40,420 nt of DNA from a virus. The translations under genes were made by a program, and so were the position numbers. Under the pieces are notes generated by a model, which was not told the origin of the DNA, ran no database searches, and saw only the letters and a list, made by a program, of their open reading frames with translations. The stretch is taken from the IMG/VR virus record IMGVR_UViG_3300045988_016800, positions 1-40,420 of that record. The stretch is one strand, 5' to 3'. Positions 25,307 to 33,884 of this stretch are shown piece by piece; the first letter of the stretch is position 1; each line of letters opens with the position of its first letter.

Positions 25307-26766
25307 GCGTGAGAGTAGTATATGAGGACGTCGCGGTCGGCGCTGCAGCTGCGTCGACAGTAACGACGACGGCGAGAAAAGACTTTGCCAACCCTGCTCT
25401 GATCCCCTACGGTACAGACGCCGGGCTGCTGGCGTCATTCGAGCAGAATCAGTGGGTTCTTGACGGGACGCGCGTCTTGCTCGGGAGCCAGCGGGCCGCA
25501 TTCTGGTCCGCGGTGCAAAGCAACGACGACTGCACGTTTGACGCAGCGCCGACGATCACGATCTCCCTGAATGGTCAGTTCTCCTCCCCGGGCATTTTCT
25601 TCTACTTCGACGGCTCGGAGGGTGACTACTGCAGCGAGATTGTCCTGATGTGGTACAACGGCGAAGAACAGCTTGCGAGCAAGACCTTCACGCCGAACTC
25701 GTACAAGTATTTCTGCGAGCAGCAGGTCGACTTATACAACAAGCTCGTCGTGCAGATCAATAAGACCCACCTGCCGAACCACTACGCGAAGATCTCGCAG
25801 ATCTTCTTCGGAATCGTCCGGGAGTTCGAGCGGGGAGAGCTGCGCTCCGTCCGAGTCACGGAGGGCCTGAACATCATTTCAGACGATCTGGAGATCAACA
25901 CGCTCGACTTCTCGCTGGACAGCGCGGACGATATCGACTACGTCTTCCAGCAGAAGCAGCCCGTCAGCGCGTATGACTCAGACCACCTGATCGGCGTGTT
26001 TTATATCGAATCGTCCTCCCGCAAGAGCGTCAGCGTCTATGATATTTCCTGCATCGACGCCCTCGGCGTCATGGATAGCGAGCCGTTTGCGGCTGCGATC
26101 TATTCCGGCGCGTCCGCAAAGACGCTGATACAGACGATCCTTGCCGGGCACTTCACACTGGAATACGACTCCGCGCTGGATGACGCGAAGGTCACGGGCT
26201 ACATCCCGGACTGCACGAAGCGCGAGGCGCTGCAGCAGATCGCATTTGCCATCTGCGCCACCATCGACACCAGCGGCACGCGCGGGATCAAGGTGCGCAA
26301 GCTCGCGGCGGACGAGGCGGCGGAGATCCCGCTTGACCGGCTCTATACCGGCGGCAGCGTGGAAACATCTTCCCCAGTGACGGAGGTGCGCGTGACGGCG
26401 CATGCGTACAAAACGACCGGCAGCGGCGACAGCGTGGAGGTCGACGGCACGACGTATTACCACACGACCACTGTCACGACGAAGGCCAATCCGAAGGTCA
26501 CGGCCACGACGAAGCCAAACGTCGTCGAGGTCAGGGACGCCACACTGGTCAACAGCAGCAACGTCGCCGCGGTTACCCAGCACGTCTACGACTATTACAT
26601 GCGCCGTCAGACCCACAGCGTGCGGATCGTCATGGACGGCGAGACCCCCGGCGATTACGTCAAAACGACGACGCCGTGGGGCAGCACGATCACCGGCACG
26701 ATTACCAGCATGGGTATCTTGCTCAGCGGGATCGCGGCGGCGGAGTGTGAAATTGTAGGATCCTGA
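25303..26766 (+). CDS. Tail tip / baseplate hub protein (Tal-like)
   Basis: 487 aa. ATGA overlap with the upstream gene. Positional call. Confidence 0.5.
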   Translation: MSVRVVYEDVAVGAAAASTVTTTARKDFANPALIPYGTDAGLLASFEQNQWVLDGTRVLLGSQRAAFWSAVQSNDDCTFDAAPTITISLNGQFSSPGIFFYFDGSEGDYCSEIVLMWYNGEEQLASKTFTPNSYKYFCEQQVDLYNKLVVQINKTHLPNHYAKISQIFFGIVREFERGELRSVRVTEGLNIISDDLEINTLDFSLDSADDIDYVFQQKQPVSAYDSDHLIGVFYIESSSRKSVSVYDISCIDALGVMDSEPFAAAIYSGASAKTLIQTILAGHFTLEYDSALDDAKVTGYIPDCTKREALQQIAFAICATIDTSGTRGIKVRKLAADEAAEIPLDRLYTGGSVETSSPVTEVRVTAHAYKTTGSGDSVEVDGTTYYHTTTVTTKANPKVTATTKPNVVEVRDATLVNSSNVAAVTQHVYDYYMRRQTHSVRIVMDGETPGDYVKTTTPWGSTITGTITSMGILLSGIAAAECEIVGS

Positions 26767-26784
26767 GAAACGGAGGTGCATCCT

Positions 26785-27081
26785 ATGGTTCAGGGTGATG
26801 CCTATAACATCGATATTTCCATCACGAACAACGGCGAAGCGCTCGAGATCAACGATATCGAGACCGTCGAGGTCTCGCTTCTGTACCTGCAGAAGAAATA
26901 CCCAGGCGAAGTCGAATACAAGGACGGGAAGTTCCGCTTCCCGCTGACGCAGCAGGAGACATTCAAGCTCCCGAAGACCTGCCAGATGCAGGTGCGTGTG
27001 AAATTTACCTCGGGGGACGTCATCGGCTCCCCGATCCAGCAGATCGACGTTCTGCACGCGCTGTCAAAGGTGGTGCTGTAA
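26785..27081 (+). CDS. Hypothetical tail/baseplate-associated protein
   Basis: ATG 26785 lies 8 nt after ggagg. 98 aa. Confidence 0.5.
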   Translation: MVQGDAYNIDISITNNGEALEINDIETVEVSLLYLQKKYPGEVEYKDGKFRFPLTQQETFKLPKTCQMQVRVKFTSGDVIGSPIQQIDVLHALSKVVL

Positions 27082-27374
27082 TGGTTCCAGTGACGCCGGT
27101 CACGTTTGAGCTGGCCGGAAATCGCGCGCTGCGCTTTGACACCGGCGGAGGCAGCGACGTCTCCTTCGGCTTCTCGGCCTCCATATCCGCCGGGGGTGCC
27201 AAACCTTACACCGGGGCATACGAGGTCACGCCCAAGATCTATGAGGCGGTCTCGCTGGAAACGAAGGACCGCTTCCTGAAAGACAATGTAACCGTCAAGA
27301 AGATCCCCCAGTATATCGTCTCGAACGATGCGGGGGGTGCAACACTCATTATGGGAGATGAATATTATGGCTAA
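27081..27374 (+). CDS. Hypothetical tail-fibre-associated protein
   Basis: 97 aa. TAATG overlap with the upstream gene. Confidence 0.5.
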   Translation: MVPVTPVTFELAGNRALRFDTGGGSDVSFGFSASISAGGAKPYTGAYEVTPKIYEAVSLETKDRFLKDNVTVKKIPQYIVSNDAGGATLIMGDEYYG

Positions 27375-27957
27375 TCAATATGTAAACAAGGTTATCGTTG
27401 GTACTGAAGTTAAGCTTGATCTTACTCAGGACGATATCACTCCTGATAAGCTGGCTGAGGGCATTAAAGCCCATGACAAATCTGGCGCACCTATCGTTGG
27501 TACCAGTACAAAGGATGCTGACACCAGCGATGCAACTGCCGTTGCTGCAGAAATTCTGAAGGATAAGACAGCATATGTGGCAGGCTCCAAGCTGACTGGT
27601 ACAATGCCCAACAATGGTGCAAAGCACTTGAAAATTACCAATAAAGACACTCCTGTGCCTATTCCGATGGGCTTCCATGACGGTTCTGGTGATGCTGCTA
27701 TCGACGCTGATGAGGCTGCAAAGCTGATTCCGGCCAACATTCGTGAGGGTATTACAGTGCTCGGTGTTGAAGGCACTATGTCTGGTTCTGAAGGTGTAAA
27801 GCCTCAGGCGAAGACAGTTACTCCGACATTTGTACAGCAGGAAGTTACACCTGACAGTCCTGATTACAATTATCTGTCTTCGGTTACTGTTGCTGCAATT
27901 CCTGTCACCTATACGGATAACGCTCAGGGAGGCCAGACACTGAAAGTAGGTGCTTAA
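27367..27957 (+). CDS. Tail fibre / receptor-binding protein 1 (low-GC)
   Basis: 196 aa. The N-terminal about 45 aa are homologous to the next gene. A/T-ending codon bias unlike its neighbours. Confidence 0.55.
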   Translation: MANQYVNKVIVGTEVKLDLTQDDITPDKLAEGIKAHDKSGAPIVGTSTKDADTSDATAVAAEILKDKTAYVAGSKLTGTMPNNGAKHLKITNKDTPVPIPMGFHDGSGDAAIDADEAAKLIPANIREGITVLGVEGTMSGSEGVKPQAKTVTPTFVQQEVTPDSPDYNYLSSVTVAAIPVTYTDNAQGGQTLKVGA

Positions 27958-27959
27958 TT

Positions 27960-29093
27960 GTGGCAGTCAACAAGGTTGAGATCAACGGTGTGGTCAAGCT
28001 CGATCTGACAGCGGATACCGTTACGGCAGCGAAGCTTGCACAAGGCGAGACTGCGCACGACGCGAGTGGTGAGCTTATCATCGGTACCATGACCGCCCCG
28101 CAGCTGCATATTGTCGTTACGACTAGCGCGGGTGCAACAGTTACAGCTACAAAGGGAAGCAAAAAGGTTTCCGGGACGGCAGATGCGAGCGGGAATTGCA
28201 CACTGACGGTCGACGAAGCTGGTACGTGGTCGGTCGTAGCTACTTTGGGTGCAACGACAAAGCAGCAAGATGTAGTAGTTGGAACTTCGTCCGTGGTGAT
28301 TGAATTTGTATCGGCTGTGCTTAACGACAATGCCTGGGAGACTATCAGATCGGTGTCCGACCGAGGCGAAGGTGCGAACTATTGGAGCATCGGTGACAGA
28401 AAGGCGGTCACGCTGAACGGAACAGTGGGCCATCTCTCATTATCGAATTACACAACCTACGCTTTCATTATCGGCTTTAACCATAACGCAAGTGTCGAGG
28501 GATCTAACCGTATCCATTTCCAGCTTGCAAAGACCGCGCTCTCCGGCGGTAAGGACGTGTCTTTCTGCGACAGCAAATATAACGCGAACGTTTCGGCAAC
28601 CGGCTATTTCTCCATGAACAGCAGTAAAACGAACTCCGGCGGGTGGAAAAGCTCGCAAATGCGTACAAAAATTTGCGGGACGAGCCTCTCGAGCTATTCC
28701 GGGACGATTATTGCGGTCATCCCGGCAGCACTCCGTTCCGTCCTCAAGTCCGTTACCAAGTACACGGACAACACCGGCGGCGGAAGTACGGCGGCGAGCG
28801 CAGTCACGGCGACAACGGATTACTTTTTCCTCCTCTCGGAGTACGAGGTTTTCAGAAGCATTTCCGACGCAAATAGCAACGAGAAGAGCAAGCAAGCACA
28901 GTACGCCTATTATTCCGCAGGGAATAGCAAAAAAAAGTACAAGCACGACGGCACGAGTACCGCCGCTTATTGGTGGCTCCGTTCCCCGCTTGCGGGCTAC
29001 TCCACCAGCTTCGTGTTTGTAGACGACGGCGGCACAGTCTACGACAGCTACGCGTACTTTTCCCTCGGCTTCGCGCCCGGCTTTTGCGTATAA
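27960..29093 (+). CDS. Tail fibre / receptor-binding protein 2 (C-terminal WWLRSP-type domain, possibly DUF6273-like)
   Basis: GTG start. 377 aa. N-terminus paralogous to 27367 (NKV..G..VKLDLT...KLA.G..AHD.SG..I.GT). C-terminus AAYWWLRSP...SLGFAPGFCV. Confidence 0.55.
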   Translation: MAVNKVEINGVVKLDLTADTVTAAKLAQGETAHDASGELIIGTMTAPQLHIVVTTSAGATVTATKGSKKVSGTADASGNCTLTVDEAGTWSVVATLGATTKQQDVVVGTSSVVIEFVSAVLNDNAWETIRSVSDRGEGANYWSIGDRKAVTLNGTVGHLSLSNYTTYAFIIGFNHNASVEGSNRIHFQLAKTALSGGKDVSFCDSKYNANVSATGYFSMNSSKTNSGGWKSSQMRTKICGTSLSSYSGTIIAVIPAALRSVLKSVTKYTDNTGGGSTAASAVTATTDYFFLLSEYEVFRSISDANSNEKSKQAQYAYYSAGNSKKKYKHDGTSTAAYWWLRSPLAGYSTSFVFVDDGGTVYDSYAYFSLGFAPGFCV

Positions 29094-29147
29094 TTCAGAA
29101 ATCGAGACTTGCACCCTCAATGGGCGCGTAGTCGGCGAGGAGAAGAA

Positions 29148-29510
29148 ATGGAGTATATCACTTATAAGCGGTTCAAGACTAGAGCGATCTGCGGAGATGT
29201 TAATATACCATTCGGCACGATCCTGCACGAGCAAGACGGTATGCTCTACTGGAATGGAAATCCAGTATGCAGCGCTACGAGCGAGAATGGCTGGAATTAT
29301 TTTAGGCCAAACACGCTTGAGGGTATGCATCGATGGGAGCTGCTCGAGAAGCTATACAAATGGTATGAGAAAAACGGCTGCGCAGACGATTTTGCAGATG
29401 AGAGGTGGCCAAATCAGGAGAATGGCTACTGGAAGAATCGCTTGAGAACAGCAAGTACTGAGAGACTTGAGCAAATCTATGCTGAGAAGTTTGCAGTTGT
29501 TGTATGCTAG
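29148..29510 (+). CDS. Hypothetical protein, low-GC orphan inside the fibre module
   Basis: ATG 29148. 120 aa, Trp/Tyr-rich. No recognisable motif. Confidence 0.55.
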   Translation: MEYITYKRFKTRAICGDVNIPFGTILHEQDGMLYWNGNPVCSATSENGWNYFRPNTLEGMHRWELLEKLYKWYEKNGCADDFADERWPNQENGYWKNRLRTASTERLEQIYAEKFAVVVC

Positions 29511-29558
29511 CACTAAGTGCTTGCCATAGATAAAGCCGACGGGCGTTAAGGAGCTTCT

Positions 29559-30047
29559 ATGAGTACGATTATTGACACCCTAATCACCGACCGAACGGCA
29601 GCGGACGTCGCAAGCGTGCACGAGTTGGCTGTGAAGGGCTACGCGGGCATGACGGCGGCGGAGCTGGCGGAGTGGCTGGCGGGGATGAAGGGCGCATACA
29701 ACGCCGTTGACCTCAACCGCGTCGGGACTGCGCTGAACTACCTCCGCGACCGCCTGACCGGCGTCTGCGGCAGGGATATCACGTGGCAGGCGAAGACAGA
29801 TTGGGCTATGACGGACGTTATAACAGCCGCACAGGGCAGCGCATACCACGACCAGATCGGCGACGTCCGCGCCGCGCTCACCTACCCCGCAAATGCCCCG
29901 GATGTGCCGGAGATCGCGTTGCTGACGTATGCGGGCGCAAACGATATCGAACGCATCCTGACCATCTGCGAGACGCTGGTCGACAATGTGATAAATGCGT
30001 TTCGCTACACCGGCGCGGCGGAGTGCGCCGCGGGAGGATTACTATGA
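29559..30047 (+). CDS. Hypothetical tail-fibre-module protein
   Basis: 162 aa. DRTAADVASV...KGAYNAVDLNRVGTAL resembles a module recurrent in Clostridia phage fibre regions (from memory). Confidence 0.5.
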   Translation: MSTIIDTLITDRTAADVASVHELAVKGYAGMTAAELAEWLAGMKGAYNAVDLNRVGTALNYLRDRLTGVCGRDITWQAKTDWAMTDVITAAQGSAYHDQIGDVRAALTYPANAPDVPEIALLTYAGANDIERILTICETLVDNVINAFRYTGAAECAAGGLL

Positions 30048-31549
30048 CAGACAGACAACCGACACAGGTACTGGCGAACGGGGCCATCCGCTATGGCATC
30101 TACCGCGCGGATGGCACGCTCGACCACTATGAATATCTCCGGCGCGAGGACGCGCCGACCGTCGAGGGAACGCCTCTCAGCAAGGCAAATCTTCTCTCGG
30201 ACGCCACAGCTTCGAAGCTCTGGCCCGGCAGCAACAAACCGGAGGACCCAACTGTCAACCAGGCATTTGAAAAGCTATCGAAGGGTATGCACCTCATCGG
30301 CGATATCGAGCTGACGTCCCGTGAAGCACCGTCTTCCGCGTGGTTGCCCTGTGATGGACGCTACATTTCGCAAGCTGATTACCCTGAGCTGTTCAGCATT
30401 TTGCGTGTGACTGCAAGTCAAGGCAACTGGGACACACAGGTTATGGACACTAATAGCAAGCCTGACGCTGCGGGAGATATTATTTCGTACGCAAATAGTA
30501 CTTGGTTTCGAACAAGAGTGCAGTACGTAAGTCAGAAGGAGTTCTATACTGCTAAAATGTGGTACTCAAGTGATGGCATGAATTCGTGGCATGCGATATC
30601 TGTTGCGAATAATGTACATCAACTTACGCCTGTACACTACTACGAGAATAAATATGTATGCATCGCTATTAAGTATATTCCATACAGTGGTGGTATTAGG
30701 GCACACTACACAGGCTATATCTATTATGCAAGCCAGCCTGCTGGACCATGGACTATCGGAGGTGAGGTACAGCAGGAGATAGACTCCTTTGTACCTGGTG
30801 ATAGTGCTGAGGATATTATTACAGATGGCACGAGATACTATCTGGTAGAGAAAGAGCAGTATGGTATGACCTCGTCTTTAAGCTTATTTCCTCCAGCATG
30901 GCAGACAAGCGATTTCGGAGGTGGAACATCTTCGGGCTCTGATTCAAACACTGTAGAAAATATTGCATATAACGAGGCCGACGGTTACTTCTACGGCGCA
31001 AAGGGCACACACAAATATTCGAGTGCCAATCAGTTAGCTCGAACACGTACTCCAGACGACTATGACTCCTGGCAGGTGATATATTCAAATCAAGGAGACT
31101 ATAGCGGTATTGTAGTCGAAGGTGACCTAATCGTAGCTCTCGGCAGAGGTACAGACTCACGAAACTACGCATACTCAATCGATGGAGGTCAAACCTTCGT
31201 TGCTGCAACTCTTCCGACCTATCCTGTAATAGGCTCGCAGCGCGACTGGGTAAAACTGATTGGTGGAATTATTGTAGTAGCTGCACGCACTGCTGCGACC
31301 GAAGCTAGCAGTGGTACTCCTAAATTACTGTACACCGATGACGTAGCTCAGGGCTTCCTGACCAGTGATGTACCAGCAACTGTCAATACTTTTGCAGGTA
31401 ACGGTTCTGGCTTAATCGTTGGTGCATTAAAATCGCAAGGAGCCTCTAGCGTCAACATCTATAGAGATTTTACTTATGATGCTAAGAAAATCCCAACGAT
31501 CACCCCGGATAGCCGCAGTCATGCCTACATCAAGGCCGTGGAGGAATGA
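30044..31549 (+). CDS. Tail fibre with phage tail-collar motif and a low-GC C-terminal domain carrying Asp-box-like motifs
   Basis: ATG 30044 (SD gggagga). 501 aa. Collar motif WLPCDGRYISQADYPELFSIL. SSDGMNSW (30566-30589) and SIDGGQTF (31175-31198). Confidence 0.65.
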   Translation: MTDRQPTQVLANGAIRYGIYRADGTLDHYEYLRREDAPTVEGTPLSKANLLSDATASKLWPGSNKPEDPTVNQAFEKLSKGMHLIGDIELTSREAPSSAWLPCDGRYISQADYPELFSILRVTASQGNWDTQVMDTNSKPDAAGDIISYANSTWFRTRVQYVSQKEFYTAKMWYSSDGMNSWHAISVANNVHQLTPVHYYENKYVCIAIKYIPYSGGIRAHYTGYIYYASQPAGPWTIGGEVQQEIDSFVPGDSAEDIITDGTRYYLVEKEQYGMTSSLSLFPPAWQTSDFGGGTSSGSDSNTVENIAYNEADGYFYGAKGTHKYSSANQLARTRTPDDYDSWQVIYSNQGDYSGIVVEGDLIVALGRGTDSRNYAYSIDGGQTFVAATLPTYPVIGSQRDWVKLIGGIIVVAARTAATEASSGTPKLLYTDDVAQGFLTSDVPATVNTFAGNGSGLIVGALKSQGASSVNIYRDFTYDAKKIPTITPDSRSHAYIKAVEE

Positions 31550-31552
31550 GCC

Positions 31553-31981
31553 ATGCGGGACAGAAAAGGGACGAACGATCTGGCGAACGGCGCGGTCTGC
31601 TACGGGGCCTATGACGCGGCGGGGAATCCGCTGCGTCAGGTCTGGCTCCGGCTGGAAGACGAACCGCTGGCCGAGGAAACGCCGCTTGTCAAGGCGAATC
31701 TGCTGACCGACGAAACTGCCGCCCTCCTCTGGACGGTGGGCGACGCTCCGGCCGACCCGACCATCAACGACGCGCTGGACAAGCTCTCCACGCCGCAATA
31801 CAAGATTGGCGATTTACTCGTCACCGTGCGGGAGCTGGCCGCCCCGTGGCACGCCTGCGACGGCTCGGCCTTCTCGCAGACGGAATACCCAGAGCTTTAT
31901 AACCAGCTCGGCGGCAATGCGCTTCCGAACGTCAGCTATTCCGACGACACGGTTACCTACATCAAAATGGCCAACGACTGA
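31553..31981 (+). CDS. Short tail-collar fibre paralogue
   Basis: 142 aa. Collinear homology with the first about 120 aa of 30044..31549, including WHACDGSAFSQTEYPELYNQLG. Ends shortly after the collar motif. Confidence 0.6.
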   Translation: MRDRKGTNDLANGAVCYGAYDAAGNPLRQVWLRLEDEPLAEETPLVKANLLTDETAALLWTVGDAPADPTINDALDKLSTPQYKIGDLLVTVRELAAPWHACDGSAFSQTEYPELYNQLGGNALPNVSYSDDTVTYIKMAND

Positions 31982-32012
31982 CCGCCGGGAAATACATAAA
32001 AGAGGTAAAAAC

Positions 32013-32342
32013 ATGGATGCTGGAACCATCACGATCATCTGCGCCGTCCTCGGCTCGTCCGCGCTGACGACTGTCATTCAGGCCATCGTCGGCGCGGCGC
32101 AGAAAAAGAAAACACAGGCAGACTCCCAGGGCGACCACCTGACTGAGATCGACAAAAAGCTCGACCAGATGCAGAAGCACCAGGAAGAGCAATATCTGTC
32201 TATTCTGCGTCTGACGATCATGTCAGAGGAAATGCCAATGTCGGAGCGATTGATCGCGGGCAAAAAATACGTAGATCTGGGAGGAAACGGGGACGTCAAG
32301 CAATTCCTGCATCAGCTGGAAGTGCAGTGTGAAAGGAAGTGA
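32013..32342 (+). CDS. Small membrane protein (one N-terminal TM plus coiled coil), lysis-module associated
   Basis: ATG 32013. 109 aa. ITIICAVLGSSALTTVIQAIV. Confidence 0.5.
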   Translation: MDAGTITIICAVLGSSALTTVIQAIVGAAQKKKTQADSQGDHLTEIDKKLDQMQKHQEEQYLSILRLTIMSEEMPMSERLIAGKKYVDLGGNGDVKQFLHQLEVQCERK

Positions 32343-32346
32343 CGAT

Positions 32347-32583
32347 GTGAGATTCAAACTCCGCTGGACAAAGGGTGAAATGTCCAAGACCATTGTGTTT
32401 TACTGCATCCGCGTGTTGACCCTCACGCTTGTGTGGGCAGTGCTGCTGGAGACGATCGCCGTCCTGTTCCAGCTGGACATCGATCTTTCCGCCGTGCTGA
32501 CGTTCACCGCCGCGGCGTTCGGCGGGGAGCTGCTTCTGCTCGCATTCAAGCGGGTCTTCGCGAAAAAAAGCGAAGACGAATAA
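32347..32583 (+). CDS. Small two-TM membrane protein (holin-like)
   Basis: GTG 32347 after aaaggaag; the start is uncertain (ORF opens at 32329). Two hydrophobic segments. Confidence 0.4.
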   Translation: MRFKLRWTKGEMSKTIVFYCIRVLTLTLVWAVLLETIAVLFQLDIDLSAVLTFTAAAFGGELLLLAFKRVFAKKSEDE

Positions 32584-32606
32584 CCAGAACCACGAAAGGG
32601 GTACAT

Positions 32607-32831
32607 ATGGAAAACATCATCAAGCGGCTCGGGAATCTCCTGAGCGTCAAATCCATCGTTACACTTGGCCTGACCATCATCTTCGCCGTTCTCTCCCTGC
32701 GGGGCGATATCTCCGGCAAGGACTTCCTGACGATCTTCCTGACGGTCATCACCTTCTACTTCGGCATCCAGAGCCAGAAGGTGCAGGACGCCATCGAGGG
32801 CGGCAGCACGAAGGAGGATACGCAGAAATGA
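32607..32831 (+). CDS. Holin (two TM segments)
   Basis: 74 aa. Overlaps the endolysin start. VKSIVTLGLTIIFAVLSL and FLTIFLTVITFYFGI, with a charged C-terminus. Confidence 0.6.
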   Translation: MENIIKRLGNLLSVKSIVTLGLTIIFAVLSLRGDISGKDFLTIFLTVITFYFGIQSQKVQDAIEGGSTKEDTQK

Positions 32832-33526
32832 GTGTCATGAAAGCGTCTGAACTCGTCAAAAAGCATATCGACGTCGCGAAAAACTACAAGACCGTTTACA
32901 TGTGGGGCTGCTTCGGCTCGCCGGTGTCTGAGGGGATCATTTCCGAGAAGGCGAAGAAGTATCCGGACTGGTACACTGCGGCGAAGCAGGCCAGATATCG
33001 CGGCCTCATCGGCAAAGGCTACTTCGGTTTCGACTGCGTGAACCTGACGAAGGGCATTCTCTGGGGCTGGAACGGCAATAAGAACGCCTACCACGGCGGC
33101 GCGCGCCATGCTGGCAACGCCGTCCCGGACGTCTCCGCCGACGGCATGATCGCCAAGTGCAAGGACGTATCGTCGACCGGCTGGGACAAGCTCGTTCCCG
33201 GCGAAGGACTCTGGATGCCTGGGCACTGGGGCCTGTACATCGGCGACGGTCTAGCCGTCGAGTGTACGCCCATCTGGGAGGACGGCGTGCAGATCACGTG
33301 TGTTGGCAACATCGGCCTAAAGGGCGGCTACAACAGCCGCAAGTGGCAGAAACACGGGAAACTCCCGTGGGTCGACTACGACACCGAGACGGTCGACAAG
33401 ACCGTCGAGGATGCCAAGAAGACCATCAAGGCAAAGGCCGGTCTCGCGGACAACACCATCAAGTATCTCGCCGATTATAAGTACGGCGACGATCTGCTGA
33501 AAAAACTGGCTGCAGCCATGAAGTAA
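32828..33526 (+). CDS. Endolysin, NlpC/P60-like cysteine peptidase
   Basis: 232 aa. GFDCVNLTKG (Cys) and GHWGLYIGDGLAVE (His) match the NlpC/P60 catalytic arrangement. Position after the holin. Confidence 0.7.
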   Translation: MSVMKASELVKKHIDVAKNYKTVYMWGCFGSPVSEGIISEKAKKYPDWYTAAKQARYRGLIGKGYFGFDCVNLTKGILWGWNGNKNAYHGGARHAGNAVPDVSADGMIAKCKDVSSTGWDKLVPGEGLWMPGHWGLYIGDGLAVECTPIWEDGVQITCVGNIGLKGGYNSRKWQKHGKLPWVDYDTETVDKTVEDAKKTIKAKAGLADNTIKYLADYKYGDDLLKKLAAAMK

Positions 33527-33539
33527 GGGGGGCGGGTCT

Positions 33540-33788
33540 ATGTCACCGCAGGCGCGCGCCAAGCTGCCGCCGGAGCTGGGCGGCCTGACGCGGAAGGACA
33601 TGGAAGCCGTGATCTATCAGGCCAATCTCGGCCGCGAGAACGCGCAGATCGCGCAGCTCTATTTCGTGGACAAGCTTCCGCAGGTCGATGTTGCGACAGA
33701 ACTGTATCTCGGCAGGGCCACCGTGCAGCGGCGATTGCCGGAGATCATGGAGAGGATGAAAGCCGCGTCCGGCAATCTCCCGAGCTGA
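33540..33788 (+). CDS. Small sigma-70 region-4/LuxR-like HTH protein
   Basis: 82 aa. AQIAQLYFVDKLPQVDVATELYLGRATVQRRLPEIMERM. Confidence 0.55.
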   Translation: MSPQARAKLPPELGGLTRKDMEAVIYQANLGRENAQIAQLYFVDKLPQVDVATELYLGRATVQRRLPEIMERMKAASGNLPS

Positions 33789-33834
33789 ACAAAAGTGATG
33801 CCGGTCTGATGCACAACTGAGGCACAAGGAACCG

Positions 33835-33884
33835 AAAAAAAGCCCATACTGAACACATCAAAGGAGTGTTCGGTATGGGCTTTT
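33835..33884. terminator. Long hairpin with A-tract/T-tract flanks (bidirectional terminator-like) overlapping the SD and start of 33875 CDS
   Basis: 16-bp stem 33841-33856 / 33866-33881 (one G-U pair). Loop atcaaagga. Flanked by aaaaaa and tttt. Confidence 0.6.

Noticed and set aside
27367-31981. Diversity-generating retroelement (template/variable repeats) in the fibre module.
   Set aside because: There is no reverse transcriptase anywhere in the genome. The paralogous segments differ at all base types and are similar mainly at the protein level.
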